From: a virus
Lineage: Duplodnaviria; Caudoviricetes
Reading direction: 5' to 3' (one strand)
Length of the DNA: 29,005 nt
IMG/VR virus record: IMGVR_UViG_3300027863_000649
Location: 1 to 29,005 of that record
The position numbers and the translations under genes were made by a program. The notes below the pieces were generated by a model that was given only the letters and a program-made list of their open reading frames with translations, made no database searches and was not told where the DNA came from. Below are positions 1-8,314 of this stretch, piece by piece (the first letter of the stretch is position 1; each line of letters opens with the position of its first letter).

Positions 1-10
1 TATATATAAT

Positions 11-110
11 ATACCGACACGAGCTCTAGAAGCTGGGTAAGTTCTTGAGTAGCATATGTATTAACATACCGACACGAGCTCTAGAAGCTGGGTAAGTTCC
101 TGAGTAGCAT
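11..110. repeat. Two 45-bp direct repeats (period 55 bp, 1 mismatch); candidate origin or terminal repeat
   Basis: ATACCGACACGAGCTCTAGAAGCTGGGTAAGTTCYTGAGTAGCAT at 11-55 and 66-110, flanked by AT-rich linkers. Confidence 0.9.
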
Positions 111-141
111 TATAACATGGGTATATGGTCCACATGTTTAC

Positions 142-182
142 ATTAGTATACCCTTGCGAAAGTGCACAGAATGTGTTATAAT
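142..182 (+). promoter_or_regulatory. Sigma70-type promoter P1 with extended -10 and upstream ATTAGT-N3-CCCTTG motif
   Basis: TTGCGA (154-159), 17-bp spacer, TG-n-TATAAT (177-182); lies upstream of the replication operon. Confidence 0.8.
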
Positions 183-216
183 TAGTATATACAATGTTAG
201 AGAGACCTTGTGTTTT

Positions 217-1194
217 ATGACTGTGAAGCCCGATGCGAGATTGTGGGCTGCCGGTCCTGGTACTGGTAAGACTACTGCGTGCAGGCAACACTGCCAAGAG
301 CTCGTAAATGCTGGAAAGCGTGTTCTGGCATTGAGCTTTACTAGAGCTGCGGCGCGCAACCTTACTATGTCGGGGGTGGAGGCACGTACTGTAGATGCGT
401 TCTACTACCACCGACTTAAAGAGTTTGGGATGCTGAATAAGTTCTTCGAATGGGGCGACTTGGGGTTGTTGAAGAGGTTGTTTGTGTGTGCTTTGGAACT
501 ACCTGAATTTAGGTCTGCCGTGTCACGTTACGATGTGGTAGTGCTGGACGAAGCGCAGGATTGTGACGAGGTTATGTTCGATACGCTCTTGACGGTGTCG
601 GGTGGAAGGCTTCATGTTTTTGGCGATATTGATCAGTCGATTTATGAGTGGCGTGGCAGTGACCCAGGTCTGTTGTTGCGGTTTGCGGAGGGTGCGGAGG
701 TTACTAAGTTGTGTGTTACGTACAGGCTGACTCGTCAGGTTTTGGAGGCGAGTCAGCGGCTCATCTCTCATAATTCGGGTCGCATTCACGTGCCTCTTCG
801 GTCACTGAAGGAGGGTCCTGAGGTAGTCTTCGAGCGTACTCGTTTTGGGCGTGAAGCCGCCTTGAAACTAGCGGAATCGTATGGTTTCAAGGACGTTGCA
901 GTCCTTACACGTAATGTAGAGGGACGAAGTTGGATTGAGCGTTTTTGGGCCGCTGGGTTCGATAGGGTTCCCCGTTCGCATGTGAGTTATGCGGGTACGA
1001 TACATGGTACGAAGGGTCTAGAGTGGGAGCACGTAATTGTGGTAGACGCAGACTGGCAGGAGTTTAGGTGGGAGCGAACTGAGCGTGCGCGTCGTCTATT
1101 TTACGTCGCGATGACCCGTACTTGCTCTACGTTACACATATTTGCTATGGATCCAGTGCCATTTGTTAAGGAGGCTCTGGGAAGGGAAGTATGA
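217..1194 (+). CDS. Minimal UvrD/Rep/PcrA-like superfamily 1A helicase
   Basis: Motifs I AGPGTGKT, Ia LSFTRAAA, II LDEAQD, III GDIDQSIYEWRG, IV TYR, V TIHGTKGLEW and VI RRLFYVAMTR. Start moved to ATG 217 because the TTG at 154 is the -35 box of P1. Confidence 0.9.
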   Translation: MTVKPDARLWAAGPGTGKTTACRQHCQELVNAGKRVLALSFTRAAARNLTMSGVEARTVDAFYYHRLKEFGMLNKFFEWGDLGLLKRLFVCALELPEFRSAVSRYDVVVLDEAQDCDEVMFDTLLTVSGGRLHVFGDIDQSIYEWRGSDPGLLLRFAEGAEVTKLCVTYRLTRQVLEASQRLISHNSGRIHVPLRSLKEGPEVVFERTRFGREAALKLAESYGFKDVAVLTRNVEGRSWIERFWAAGFDRVPRSHVSYAGTIHGTKGLEWEHVIVVDADWQEFRWERTERARRLFYVAMTRTCSTLHIFAMDPVPFVKEALGREV

Positions 1195-1505
1195 GCGACG
1201 AGAGAGACTATTTTGGTGTACTTCTTGACGCCCTTCTAGAGGTTGCTCCGCCACATGCGTCGTTGCAGGTGCTTGGGCTGTTTGAGGATGACGCTGACTT
1301 GCCATACTTTATAGACGCCATGGACTACATGGTCACGGCGGTTGAGTTGGAGGAGAATGTGGACCGTGATACTGCGGCCGACTTGGTGTGGAGGAGGTTG
1401 ACGAGGAGGTTCAAGGGGAATGTGGTTTTGGCGTATCGTGAGGTCGCCAGAGCTTACAAGGTGCAATACACTTTACTTGATTACTACAGGGTTTCGCCAG
1501 AATGA
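1191..1505 (+). CDS. Hypothetical protein (104 aa, helical)
   Basis: ATGA overlaps with both flanking genes; no recognisable motif. Confidence 0.7.
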   Translation: MSDERDYFGVLLDALLEVAPPHASLQVLGLFEDDADLPYFIDAMDYMVTAVELEENVDRDTAADLVWRRLTRRFKGNVVLAYREVARAYKVQYTLLDYYRVSPE

Positions 1506-3178
1506 GGTTCGATTGGTATGTCTCACCGAAGCGCATACCAGAGGATTTTCCGACCGTGTTCAAGAGCGCATATGCGGGTAGGTCATCTGTGCGTGCGGGG
1601 GACATTAGCTTCTTGGATCTTGTGGTTTCGGATGACGGCATGGTTGAGGGAGGTCTTACGTACAAGGATCTCAGAGGGGATGTGTTCGTACGCTCCAGAC
1701 ACATAGGTGACATATGGTGTCTGTTCAGGGGCTTACCTTTGGAGAATCTAGTAGAGCTGGCTCAGAAGGGCGAGACTGTTTTGTCTGATGGCTCGCTACT
1801 GAGATACATGGGTAAGTGCGGGACGTTTCTGCTGTACGAGGGTGCGAGACGTAAGCTGACTCTTGCGCTGTACGATGCGCGGAGCTACGACGTCGACGGT
1901 GCTGAGGAGGAGGAGTTTAAGGAGTTTTTGGACAATTTTGACTGTCGTCTTACACCGCCTAGTATTGCTAAAGACATTATGTGGCGTGAGTTGCACGTAT
2001 CGCGGTATTTTGAGAGGTTTGGACTCTTTCCGACTTCGGCGCAGGTGCTCGCGTTTTTGCACGGTCATGCGTGCGGTTTCGATACTCGTATGATCGGTTT
2101 CGTCCCATCAGCTGTGAAAGTGGACCGGAAGCTTGCATATCTCAGCGCTCTCGCAGAGCTTCCATATATTGAGGGTGAGTGGGTGGAAGGGCACGAATAT
2201 ACTCCCGACGACTTGTATGGTCTCTATTGTGTAGACGTGAGGATACCCGACGACTTGGTTGCGTCTCCGTTATTCGTGCCCGTACCTGTAGAGATGCGTA
2301 CTGGTTTCGTGTTGTTTCCTTTTGTTGGTGAGATTAGTGGTGCATGGGTGTTTGAGCCCGTAATGAAGTTACTTGTGGAGATGAAGTCTAACCAGCTCTG
2401 TGACAGGTTGCGTGTGAGACAGTCGTATGCGCTTCGTAGTGGTAATGGTCCGCGTTCCTCTCCATTTAGGAACCTGGTGAGTATCGTCGGAGACCTGAGA
2501 GCTCATGCAGGCATGGGTGATTTCGCTAAACTTATTGGCACCTCCATGTGGGGTAAGTTGTTGGAGTGTTATGTGGAGCGTGGTAGCGACGGAAGTGCTG
2601 TAAATGTCGCAGGTCCTTTCTTCTGTCCTTTCTTGGCGTACACTGCTACAGATCTCATAAAGGCAGACGTCTTTAGGTTCTGGTGGAGGAGTGGTTTTAA
2701 GCTCTACTGTTCGCACGTGGACAGTGTATGGGGGCCGGAAGGAGACTGGGTAAAGTACGCAGGTGAGAGTTACCACGTAGAGCGTGTTCCTAGCACATTT
2801 TTCTTGAATGATGTGAGGTGCGTGCGGAGTGACAAGGAGGCGAGCTTGTATGAGCGGATCTGTACCAGCACGACCAATCGGTTGCTTCTGACGATTGTAG
2901 GAAGAGGAACGTATGGCGAGCTGAGGAATGTTGTGGAGAGCAACGTAGATGACCGAAAGCTTTTTGGGTTGTGCAAGGTAGCTACACTGCTTCGCATCTC
3001 GTCGAAAAGAAGGTTTGGCTATCCTCTGAGTAGGTTGCGTATGTGCGATCTCAAAAGTACGCAGTTGTTTGGGAGATTGTGGGATGGGAGTTGTATGAGC
3101 TCATTTGAGGCAAGGATATCACCCGACTTCGGTTTTCGGGGGTTTCGAGACCGTAGCGGGAGGATTTATGGCGCTTAA
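1502..3178 (+). CDS. Highly divergent family B DNA polymerase-like protein (protein-primed/primer-independent-like lineage)
   Basis: Degenerate motifs in the correct order: A 'KVDRKLAYLSAL' (cf. DxxSxYP), B 'AKLIGTSMWGKL' (cf. KxxxNSxYGK), 'PFLAYTAT' (cf. PxxAxxIT) and C 'YCSHVDSV' (cf. YxDTDS). No clear exonuclease motifs. Confidence 0.65.
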   Translation: MRFDWYVSPKRIPEDFPTVFKSAYAGRSSVRAGDISFLDLVVSDDGMVEGGLTYKDLRGDVFVRSRHIGDIWCLFRGLPLENLVELAQKGETVLSDGSLLRYMGKCGTFLLYEGARRKLTLALYDARSYDVDGAEEEEFKEFLDNFDCRLTPPSIAKDIMWRELHVSRYFERFGLFPTSAQVLAFLHGHACGFDTRMIGFVPSAVKVDRKLAYLSALAELPYIEGEWVEGHEYTPDDLYGLYCVDVRIPDDLVASPLFVPVPVEMRTGFVLFPFVGEISGAWVFEPVMKLLVEMKSNQLCDRLRVRQSYALRSGNGPRSSPFRNLVSIVGDLRAHAGMGDFAKLIGTSMWGKLLECYVERGSDGSAVNVAGPFFCPFLAYTATDLIKADVFRFWWRSGFKLYCSHVDSVWGPEGDWVKYAGESYHVERVPSTFFLNDVRCVRSDKEASLYERICTSTTNRLLLTIVGRGTYGELRNVVESNVDDRKLFGLCKVATLLRISSKRRFGYPLSRLRMCDLKSTQLFGRLWDGSCMSSFEARISPDFGFRGFRDRSGRIYGA

Positions 3179-3791
3179 GGTGTCTGAGGAGTTCAGCATA
3201 AAGATCGATCTTGCGCACTTGGGTCTTCCTTTAGATGTAAAGGAGCTTGCAGAGAAGGCCCTCGTCGAGCTTGTCGACACACCTGTCAAGATTCACAGTG
3301 ACGAAGAGGTGTCGAAGTTTATCAGTGAAGTTGTGTGTGCGTCACCCGAGTTGGTCAGACGCAATCACGTGTACGTAAGTGCGGAAGGAATGCAGTGGTT
3401 CATACGAAACTATCCCGACATACGAGTTCACTGGGTACTGGACAGGTTTTACGCGTACTACATGGGTAAGGGCCTGAAGAGGTTGGATAGCGCTGTCTCG
3501 GAGTTGGGTATGAGGGTGCACGTGTTTATGCACTTGGAGGCTGGAAAGCGTTACACACCCAGGTGTGCGAGGCGTGCGTTGCCCTATTGTGTGTATGTTC
3601 GCAGGTTCTACAGTGATCGGGCGAAACTGTGGAAGGCGAGTGCCTTACGTGACTGGTTTGACGATAACTTTTCGGCACTTACCAAGTTTTTCGAGAACAA
3701 GTTGAATACGGCGATTCTCGACCTTCGCTGCGACGATTGGGGTATGGTGAAGGTTGCAGATCTCTACGATCTCTGGAGGACGCTTGTGTAG
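3168..3791 (+). CDS. Hypothetical protein (207 aa)
   Basis: GGGAGG SD at 3158-3163 before ATG 3168; overlaps the end of the PolB-like gene. Confidence 0.7.
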   Translation: MALKVSEEFSIKIDLAHLGLPLDVKELAEKALVELVDTPVKIHSDEEVSKFISEVVCASPELVRRNHVYVSAEGMQWFIRNYPDIRVHWVLDRFYAYYMGKGLKRLDSAVSELGMRVHVFMHLEAGKRYTPRCARRALPYCVYVRRFYSDRAKLWKASALRDWFDDNFSALTKFFENKLNTAILDLRCDDWGMVKVADLYDLWRTLV

Positions 3792-3792
3792 T

Positions 3793-4050
3793 ATGGTTGA
3801 GGATCTGCTCCACAAGGTTGGTAGACCCGAAAGGCTTCGTGCAATTATGAGGATGCTTAAGGACGGCAAGAAGCCTTCTACTTTCGGGCTTCGGGCATTA
3901 TTTGGTGTGAGCGAGATGACTGTTCTGAACGACGTTAAGTACCTGAAGATGCTTGGGAAGCTGTCACCTAGTTTTCAACTGTGGCGTCAGAAGGACGCTA
4001 GTTCGATAGAGGAGCTCAAGAACTATGTCGATAGTGAAGTCTGGGATTAG
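3793..4050 (+). CDS. DeoR/HTH_11-like winged helix-turn-helix protein
   Basis: 'ERLRAIMRMLK...LRALFGVSEMTVLNDVKYL' fits the DeoR-type HTH pattern (R..I..L...LA..FgVS..TirrDl..L). Starts 1 nt after the upstream stop. Confidence 0.7.
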   Translation: MVEDLLHKVGRPERLRAIMRMLKDGKKPSTFGLRALFGVSEMTVLNDVKYLKMLGKLSPSFQLWRQKDASSIEELKNYVDSEVWD

Positions 4051-4711
4051 TTTCATAATCTACGGTGAGAGTGGCGTAGGTAAGACGCCATTCGTTGCGG
4101 AGTTGGCAACACATCCAGAGAGTTCGCCATGCTTGTTTATAGACGTGGATGGTGGACTGCTTGAGACGCGCGGCGACACTGATGTGGTGAGGGTTAACGA
4201 CTGGTCGACCTTCGTGCGTACAGTCAAGTCGCTACAGAAGTACAAGAGCGTCGTGATCGACTCGGGGACGGAGCTTGAGTACGTGTTGAGAGGTACTTTC
4301 ACGGACAACGTTCCTGAGCTTCAGGATTACTACAAGGTGCAGGAGCGCATGAAGAGGATGTACAGATTCCTTACGCGCTCGGGTCTGCTTGTGGTTGTAA
4401 CGGCGGGTGTACGTGCGGTAAACGACGAGTTGAGCGGCGCTACGAAACTCTATCCAATGTTTCAGCCTACGCTCGTTAAGGATCTCATACGTATGACGGA
4501 TGTAGTTGCTTACGTCCAGCGTACTAAAGAGGGTACGCGAAAGATGCATGTAAAGTCTGGTTTGCACATCATCGCACGTGACAGGAGTGGCGTCTTGGAG
4601 GAGTTGGATATTTCTGGGCCTAAACTGTCATGGCGGCCCATATTCGATGCTTTGACTGCAAGGGGGATACGGCCCTCTGACAATATAAGTCGTGAAGGAG
4701 GAGAAAAATGA
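4025..4711 (+). CDS. Phage AAA_24 / Sak4-like RecA-fold ATPase (single-strand annealing)
   Basis: Walker A YGESGVGKT, 'LFIDVDGG', Walker B 'SVVIDS', 'DVVAY' and C-terminal 'ARDRSG'; adjacent to a DUF669-like SSB gene. Confidence 0.8.
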   Translation: MSIVKSGISFIIYGESGVGKTPFVAELATHPESSPCLFIDVDGGLLETRGDTDVVRVNDWSTFVRTVKSLQKYKSVVIDSGTELEYVLRGTFTDNVPELQDYYKVQERMKRMYRFLTRSGLLVVVTAGVRAVNDELSGATKLYPMFQPTLVKDLIRMTDVVAYVQRTKEGTRKMHVKSGLHIIARDRSGVLEELDISGPKLSWRPIFDALTARGIRPSDNISREGGEK

Positions 4712-5115
4712 TTTCAGTAGATTTCAGTGGCGTTGAAGACCAACTAACAGCGTTACCAGTTGGAAGGTATCTAGTGAGAGTAGCGGCATGCGACTATGTT
4801 CCTGAGTCACAGAGAAGCGGTCAACCGATGTTAGCATGGACGTTCGAGGTCGTCGCTGGGCCGTACAAGGGTCGCAAGGCGTTCTTGAACACCTCACTGC
4901 AGAAGCAGTCGCTGTGGACCCTAAAGCGTGTCTTGCGCGCGCTGGGTTACGGAAGTGAGGAGCTTGCGGGCAAGGTTGACTTCGATCCGGAGTCTGCGAT
5001 CGGGCGCGAGTGTACCATCGTCGTTAGTCACGAGCGTTACGAGGACGTGGTGCGACAGCGCATTCGTCAGGTCCTGCCTGCAGACGCTTCGGAGGTCGAG
5101 AGCGAAGAGCTCTAA
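4708..5115 (+). CDS. DUF669-like phage single-stranded DNA-binding protein
   Basis: 'LPVGRYLVRV...SGQPMLAWTFEVVAGPYKGRK...IGRECTIVVSHERYE' with acidic C-terminal tail; strong SD. Confidence 0.8.
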   Translation: MISVDFSGVEDQLTALPVGRYLVRVAACDYVPESQRSGQPMLAWTFEVVAGPYKGRKAFLNTSLQKQSLWTLKRVLRALGYGSEELAGKVDFDPESAIGRECTIVVSHERYEDVVRQRIRQVLPADASEVESEEL

Positions 5116-5161
5116 CGTCTAGGCGCCTTTCCCCCTTGCAGTATTTTGGAGGAGAGGAGAA

Positions 5162-5800
5162 ATGATCGCGACAGTACTATTAAGTGGTGGTCTAGATTCG
5201 GGCACCTTACTGTTTAGGTTGTTGCGTGAGGGATATACGTGCATTCCGATTACGGTGAACTATGGTCAGAAACATGCAATCAGGGAGATCGAGTCTGCGT
5301 GTAAGTTACTAGAGTTTTTGGGTGACAGGATTGAGATGCGTTCGTGGAGACTTGTGTACGTTTCGGGACTGCGTATTGGCTCTGCGCTTACGTCTCCTGA
5401 CATTTCTGTTCCCGAAGGTGAGTATGTCGGTACGCCTAGTACGTTTGTGCCGGGAAGGAACGCGTTCTTGTTGTCGCTTGCGGCGGGTGTTGCAATGTCT
5501 GAGGGCGGTTCTGTGGCGGCGATAGGCGTACATGGGCGTGACTACCCTTATCCTGATTGCTCTCCTACTTTCATACGTGCTATGGACGAGGCGGTACAGC
5601 ACGCGACGTCCGGACATGTACGCGTTTACGCGCCGTACTTGGAGTACAGCAAGGCCGAAATAGTTCGCGAGGCACTTTACTTGGGCGTTCCTCTGGACGT
5701 GACTTGGAGCTGTTACGTTGGCGGAGATAAGCCGTGCGGTAAATGTCCGACGTGCATCGAGCGCAAACGTGCTCTTATGGAGGCGGGTGTGCCATGTTAA
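5162..5800 (+). CDS. queC: 7-cyano-7-deazaguanine synthase QueC
   Basis: PP-loop SGGLDS, YGQKH..E, TFVPGRN, YPDC and Zn site 'TWSCY...PCGKCPTC'. Confidence 0.95.
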   Translation: MIATVLLSGGLDSGTLLFRLLREGYTCIPITVNYGQKHAIREIESACKLLEFLGDRIEMRSWRLVYVSGLRIGSALTSPDISVPEGEYVGTPSTFVPGRNAFLLSLAAGVAMSEGGSVAAIGVHGRDYPYPDCSPTFIRAMDEAVQHATSGHVRVYAPYLEYSKAEIVREALYLGVPLDVTWSCYVGGDKPCGKCPTCIERKRALMEAGVPC

Positions 5801-6825
5801 AGGGTTTGTTGAAGAAGCCTGTCGAGGAAGGCGTAACTGTTCCGTACTGGCGTGCTAGTGAGGCGGGTAGGTGTGAGACGTACTTGGTACGTTCTCGTTT
5901 AGGCCATGGAGCATATGTGCCTACGAGGATTCAGTACATGCTTGAGGACGGAAGGTACCACGAGCGTACAGTTTTGGCGGCTCTCAGACAGGTTGGGTGT
6001 GCACTCCGTTTCGTCTCGGATGACGACGGGCAGATAGAGGTGAAGTGCAGTGACAGTCCCAGAATAATTGGGCATCCAGACGGACTCGTGCGTATAGAGT
6101 CTACAGACGACTTCGACAGGATAGGGGCTAACTTCAGTTCGGGTGGCTGGTTGTTGTTGGAGATCACAGGCGTTAGTCCGTTCGTGTTTCAGCGCTTGCG
6201 TATGAGCGGATTAGCTGATGTGATCCCTACTAAATACGCACAGATTCAGTGCTACCTGCATTCCGAGCTTCGTAATGAGGGGGTAAATTCTTGCGTGTTC
6301 GTCGCTAAAGACAAGGCGAGTTGGAACGTGTACGAAGAAGGTGTGGGTGTCGATGACGTGTGTTTCGAGTCGGTTCGGCAGAAGCTGTACAGGTGTGAGG
6401 AGTTCTTGGGTGAGGGGATCGTTCCCGAGTATCGGTGTAGCGGGAGTGAGGCGACGTTGTGCAAGTACAGAAAGCTGTGCTTCGACGAAGTTACGTTTCC
6501 GTCTCGCACTTCGGAGACGCTTGATGTGGAATCGCTCTCAGACGAGCTGAGGGGCGAGCTCAGTAATGCGCTGAGGATGTGGAAACGCTACAAGAACATA
6601 CGAGATGAGTCTGACGAGGTCGTGGAGGAGTGTAGGGAGTACGTCTTTAACCTGCTCAGAGTTAATGGTGCGATGTCCTTGAAGTATGAGGGGGTCGTAG
6701 CGGCGATCAGGCACAGGAACAACGTGTCGATAGACCGTGAGATCCTAAAGCTCTATCCCGAGGTTTATGAGAAGGTCGTCAGGCTTTCGGAATCTGAGTA
6801 CGTAACGCTTAAGGAGGTGTTATGA
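5794..6825 (+). CDS. Cas4-like / PD-(D/E)XK exonuclease with Fe-S cysteines and C-terminal helical extension
   Basis: 'ASEAGRC', 'GRYHE', 'GHPDG', 'LLEIT', 'AQIQCY' and 'C-x7-CKYRKLC'. Start moved to ATG 5794 (GGAGG upstream). Confidence 0.75.
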   Translation: MLKGLLKKPVEEGVTVPYWRASEAGRCETYLVRSRLGHGAYVPTRIQYMLEDGRYHERTVLAALRQVGCALRFVSDDDGQIEVKCSDSPRIIGHPDGLVRIESTDDFDRIGANFSSGGWLLLEITGVSPFVFQRLRMSGLADVIPTKYAQIQCYLHSELRNEGVNSCVFVAKDKASWNVYEEGVGVDDVCFESVRQKLYRCEEFLGEGIVPEYRCSGSEATLCKYRKLCFDEVTFPSRTSETLDVESLSDELRGELSNALRMWKRYKNIRDESDEVVEECREYVFNLLRVNGAMSLKYEGVVAAIRHRNNVSIDREILKLYPEVYEKVVRLSESEYVTLKEVL

Positions 6826-7160
6826 TTATTGGCGTAGTTCGGACGTTCGATGCCGCACACAGACTTTTAGGCTATTCGGGGAAGTGTAACAGGTTACACG
6901 GACATACGTACAAGCTGATCGTGGAGATTGCGGGAGAGGTTGGTAGGGACGGAATGGTTATGGATTTCGCTACTCTCAAGGGGAGTGTAGACAAGGTCGT
7001 TAGTGATCTTGATCACTCTTACTTGAATGACGTGTTGTCTAGTGAGCCAACGTGTGAAGAGACTGTTGCGTACATCGTACGGAAACTCAGTAATCTTCCA
7101 CTGCATCGTGTCGTTTTGTACGAGACGCCTACTGCGTATGCGTTATGGGAGAGAACGTAG
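6822..7160 (+). CDS. queD: 6-carboxy-5,6,7,8-tetrahydropterin synthase QueD
   Basis: 'FDAAHRL', 'CNRLHGHTY', 'GMVMDF', 'LDHSYLN', 'PTCE' and 'LYET'. Confidence 0.95.
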   Translation: MIIGVVRTFDAAHRLLGYSGKCNRLHGHTYKLIVEIAGEVGRDGMVMDFATLKGSVDKVVSDLDHSYLNDVLSSEPTCEETVAYIVRKLSNLPLHRVVLYETPTAYALWERT

Positions 7161-7483
7161 TGCGTACAGGTAGTACGGTACGGATGCTTACAGGCTGTGG
7201 GCATCTGTACGTTACTGTAAACGTAGACGACTCAGGTAGGCCTATAGAGGTATTTGCGTACTTGGGTAAGGCGGGGTCGTGTATGCGGTGCATGCTCGAG
7301 GGCCTCACTAGAGTTGTCACACTTTCCCTTAAGCATGGTGTTCCTGTAGGTGAGGTGGTGAACCAACTTGTCGAACTGCGATGTCCACGTCCTCTGAACT
7401 TTCCTCGTGAGTTGCGTGCGACGAGTTGTGTGGATGCGGTCGCTAGAGCATTACGTGGAGGAGAGAGTAATGGGACTACTTAA
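7145..7483 (+). CDS. Stand-alone TSCPD-domain protein (like the C-terminal domain of class II ribonucleotide reductase NrdJ)
   Basis: 'TGCGHLYVTVN...PIEVF..LGKAGSC...LRC...TSCVDAVARAL'. Confidence 0.85.
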   Translation: MGENVVRTGSTVRMLTGCGHLYVTVNVDDSGRPIEVFAYLGKAGSCMRCMLEGLTRVVTLSLKHGVPVGEVVNQLVELRCPRPLNFPRELRATSCVDAVARALRGGESNGTT

Positions 7484-7769
7484 GAGGCTTGTCTACTATC
7501 CCTACTACTTCCTTTATCCATGGTGCATAGTGAGTGTGGAAGAGAGGGGGAAGTTGCCTTGGTGGAAAGTGCCTGGCTGGATGTTGTTTCATTTGGGTGT
7601 GCCTCGAAAAGGCATTACTGCGAAGGAGCTTGGTATGTACGTGCACCTACATATTGCTCCCGAGAGGCATAAGTGTGTGTGTGGCAGGTACTACTGGACA
7701 CTTAGGAAGTCGACGAAGTTTTGCGGCAGTTTTGACTGCTTCATGAAGATGCGAGAGGAGCGGAGATGA
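7470..7769 (+). CDS. Hypothetical protein with C-terminal Cys4 zinc-finger-like motif
   Basis: GGAGG SD before ATG 7470; 'CVCG...KFCGSFDC'. Confidence 0.65.
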   Translation: MGLLKRLVYYPYYFLYPWCIVSVEERGKLPWWKVPGWMLFHLGVPRKGITAKELGMYVHLHIAPERHKCVCGRYYWTLRKSTKFCGSFDCFMKMREERR

Positions 7770-8314
7770 TCGATCAGTCTAGGGTAGAGGGAATCATTCG
7801 TGAGCTTTTGATTGCGTTGGGTCAGGACCTTGAACGTGACGACTTGAAGGAGACACCTTCTCGAGTCGCCAGAATGTACATAGAACAGTGTACTGAACTA
7901 CCTTGTGAGCTTAAGGTGTTTCACGACCGTTACGACGAGCTGGTTATTGTGCGTGACATCCCGGTTACTAGTTTCTGCGCACATCACCTACTTCCATGGT
8001 TTGGGTACGCTAGCGTCGGCTACTTGCCATCGAAGAACGTTGTAGGCATAAGTAAGCTGGCACGCCTTGTACATACGTGTTGCAGGGGCTTTACGATTCA
8101 AGAGGAGGTGACTAGGAAGATTGCTGACACGCTGTACGGAGAGCTAGCGCCCAAAGGCTGTGCGGTCGTGATAAAGGCCTTTCATACGTGCATGAACTTG
8201 CGCGGTGCGAAGTGTGTAGATGCCAGCACTGTGACATCGTCTGTGCGCGGCGCCTTACGTGACGTGTCGTCGCTTCGGTATGAATTTTTGTCGCTTATAG
8301 GAGGAGAACGATGA
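7766..8314 (+). CDS. folE: GTP cyclohydrolase I FolE
   Basis: 'ETPSRVARMY', 'SFCAHHLLP', 'GISKLAR', 'IQEE' and 'HTCMNLRG'. Confidence 0.95.
   Translation: MIDQSRVEGIIRELLIALGQDLERDDLKETPSRVARMYIEQCTELPCELKVFHDRYDELVIVRDIPVTSFCAHHLLPWFGYASVGYLPSKNVVGISKLARLVHTCCRGFTIQEEVTRKIADTLYGELAPKGCAVVIKAFHTCMNLRGAKCVDASTVTSSVRGALRDVSSLRYEFLSLIGGER

Noticed and set aside
11-110. Mini-CRISPR array
   Set aside because: Only two 45-bp units separated by 10 bp, far too short for a spacer; no cas operon.
5794-6825. CRISPR-Cas system based on the Cas4-like gene
   Set aside because: Solo Cas4-like nucleases next to Sak4/SSB genes are a common phage recombination module; no cas1/cas2 or array.
5162-8314. Host queuosine/folate operon (cellular chromosome fragment)
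   Set aside because: Genes are interleaved with phage recombination genes and a phage-type polymerase; no queA, queF, canonical tgt or other host genes.
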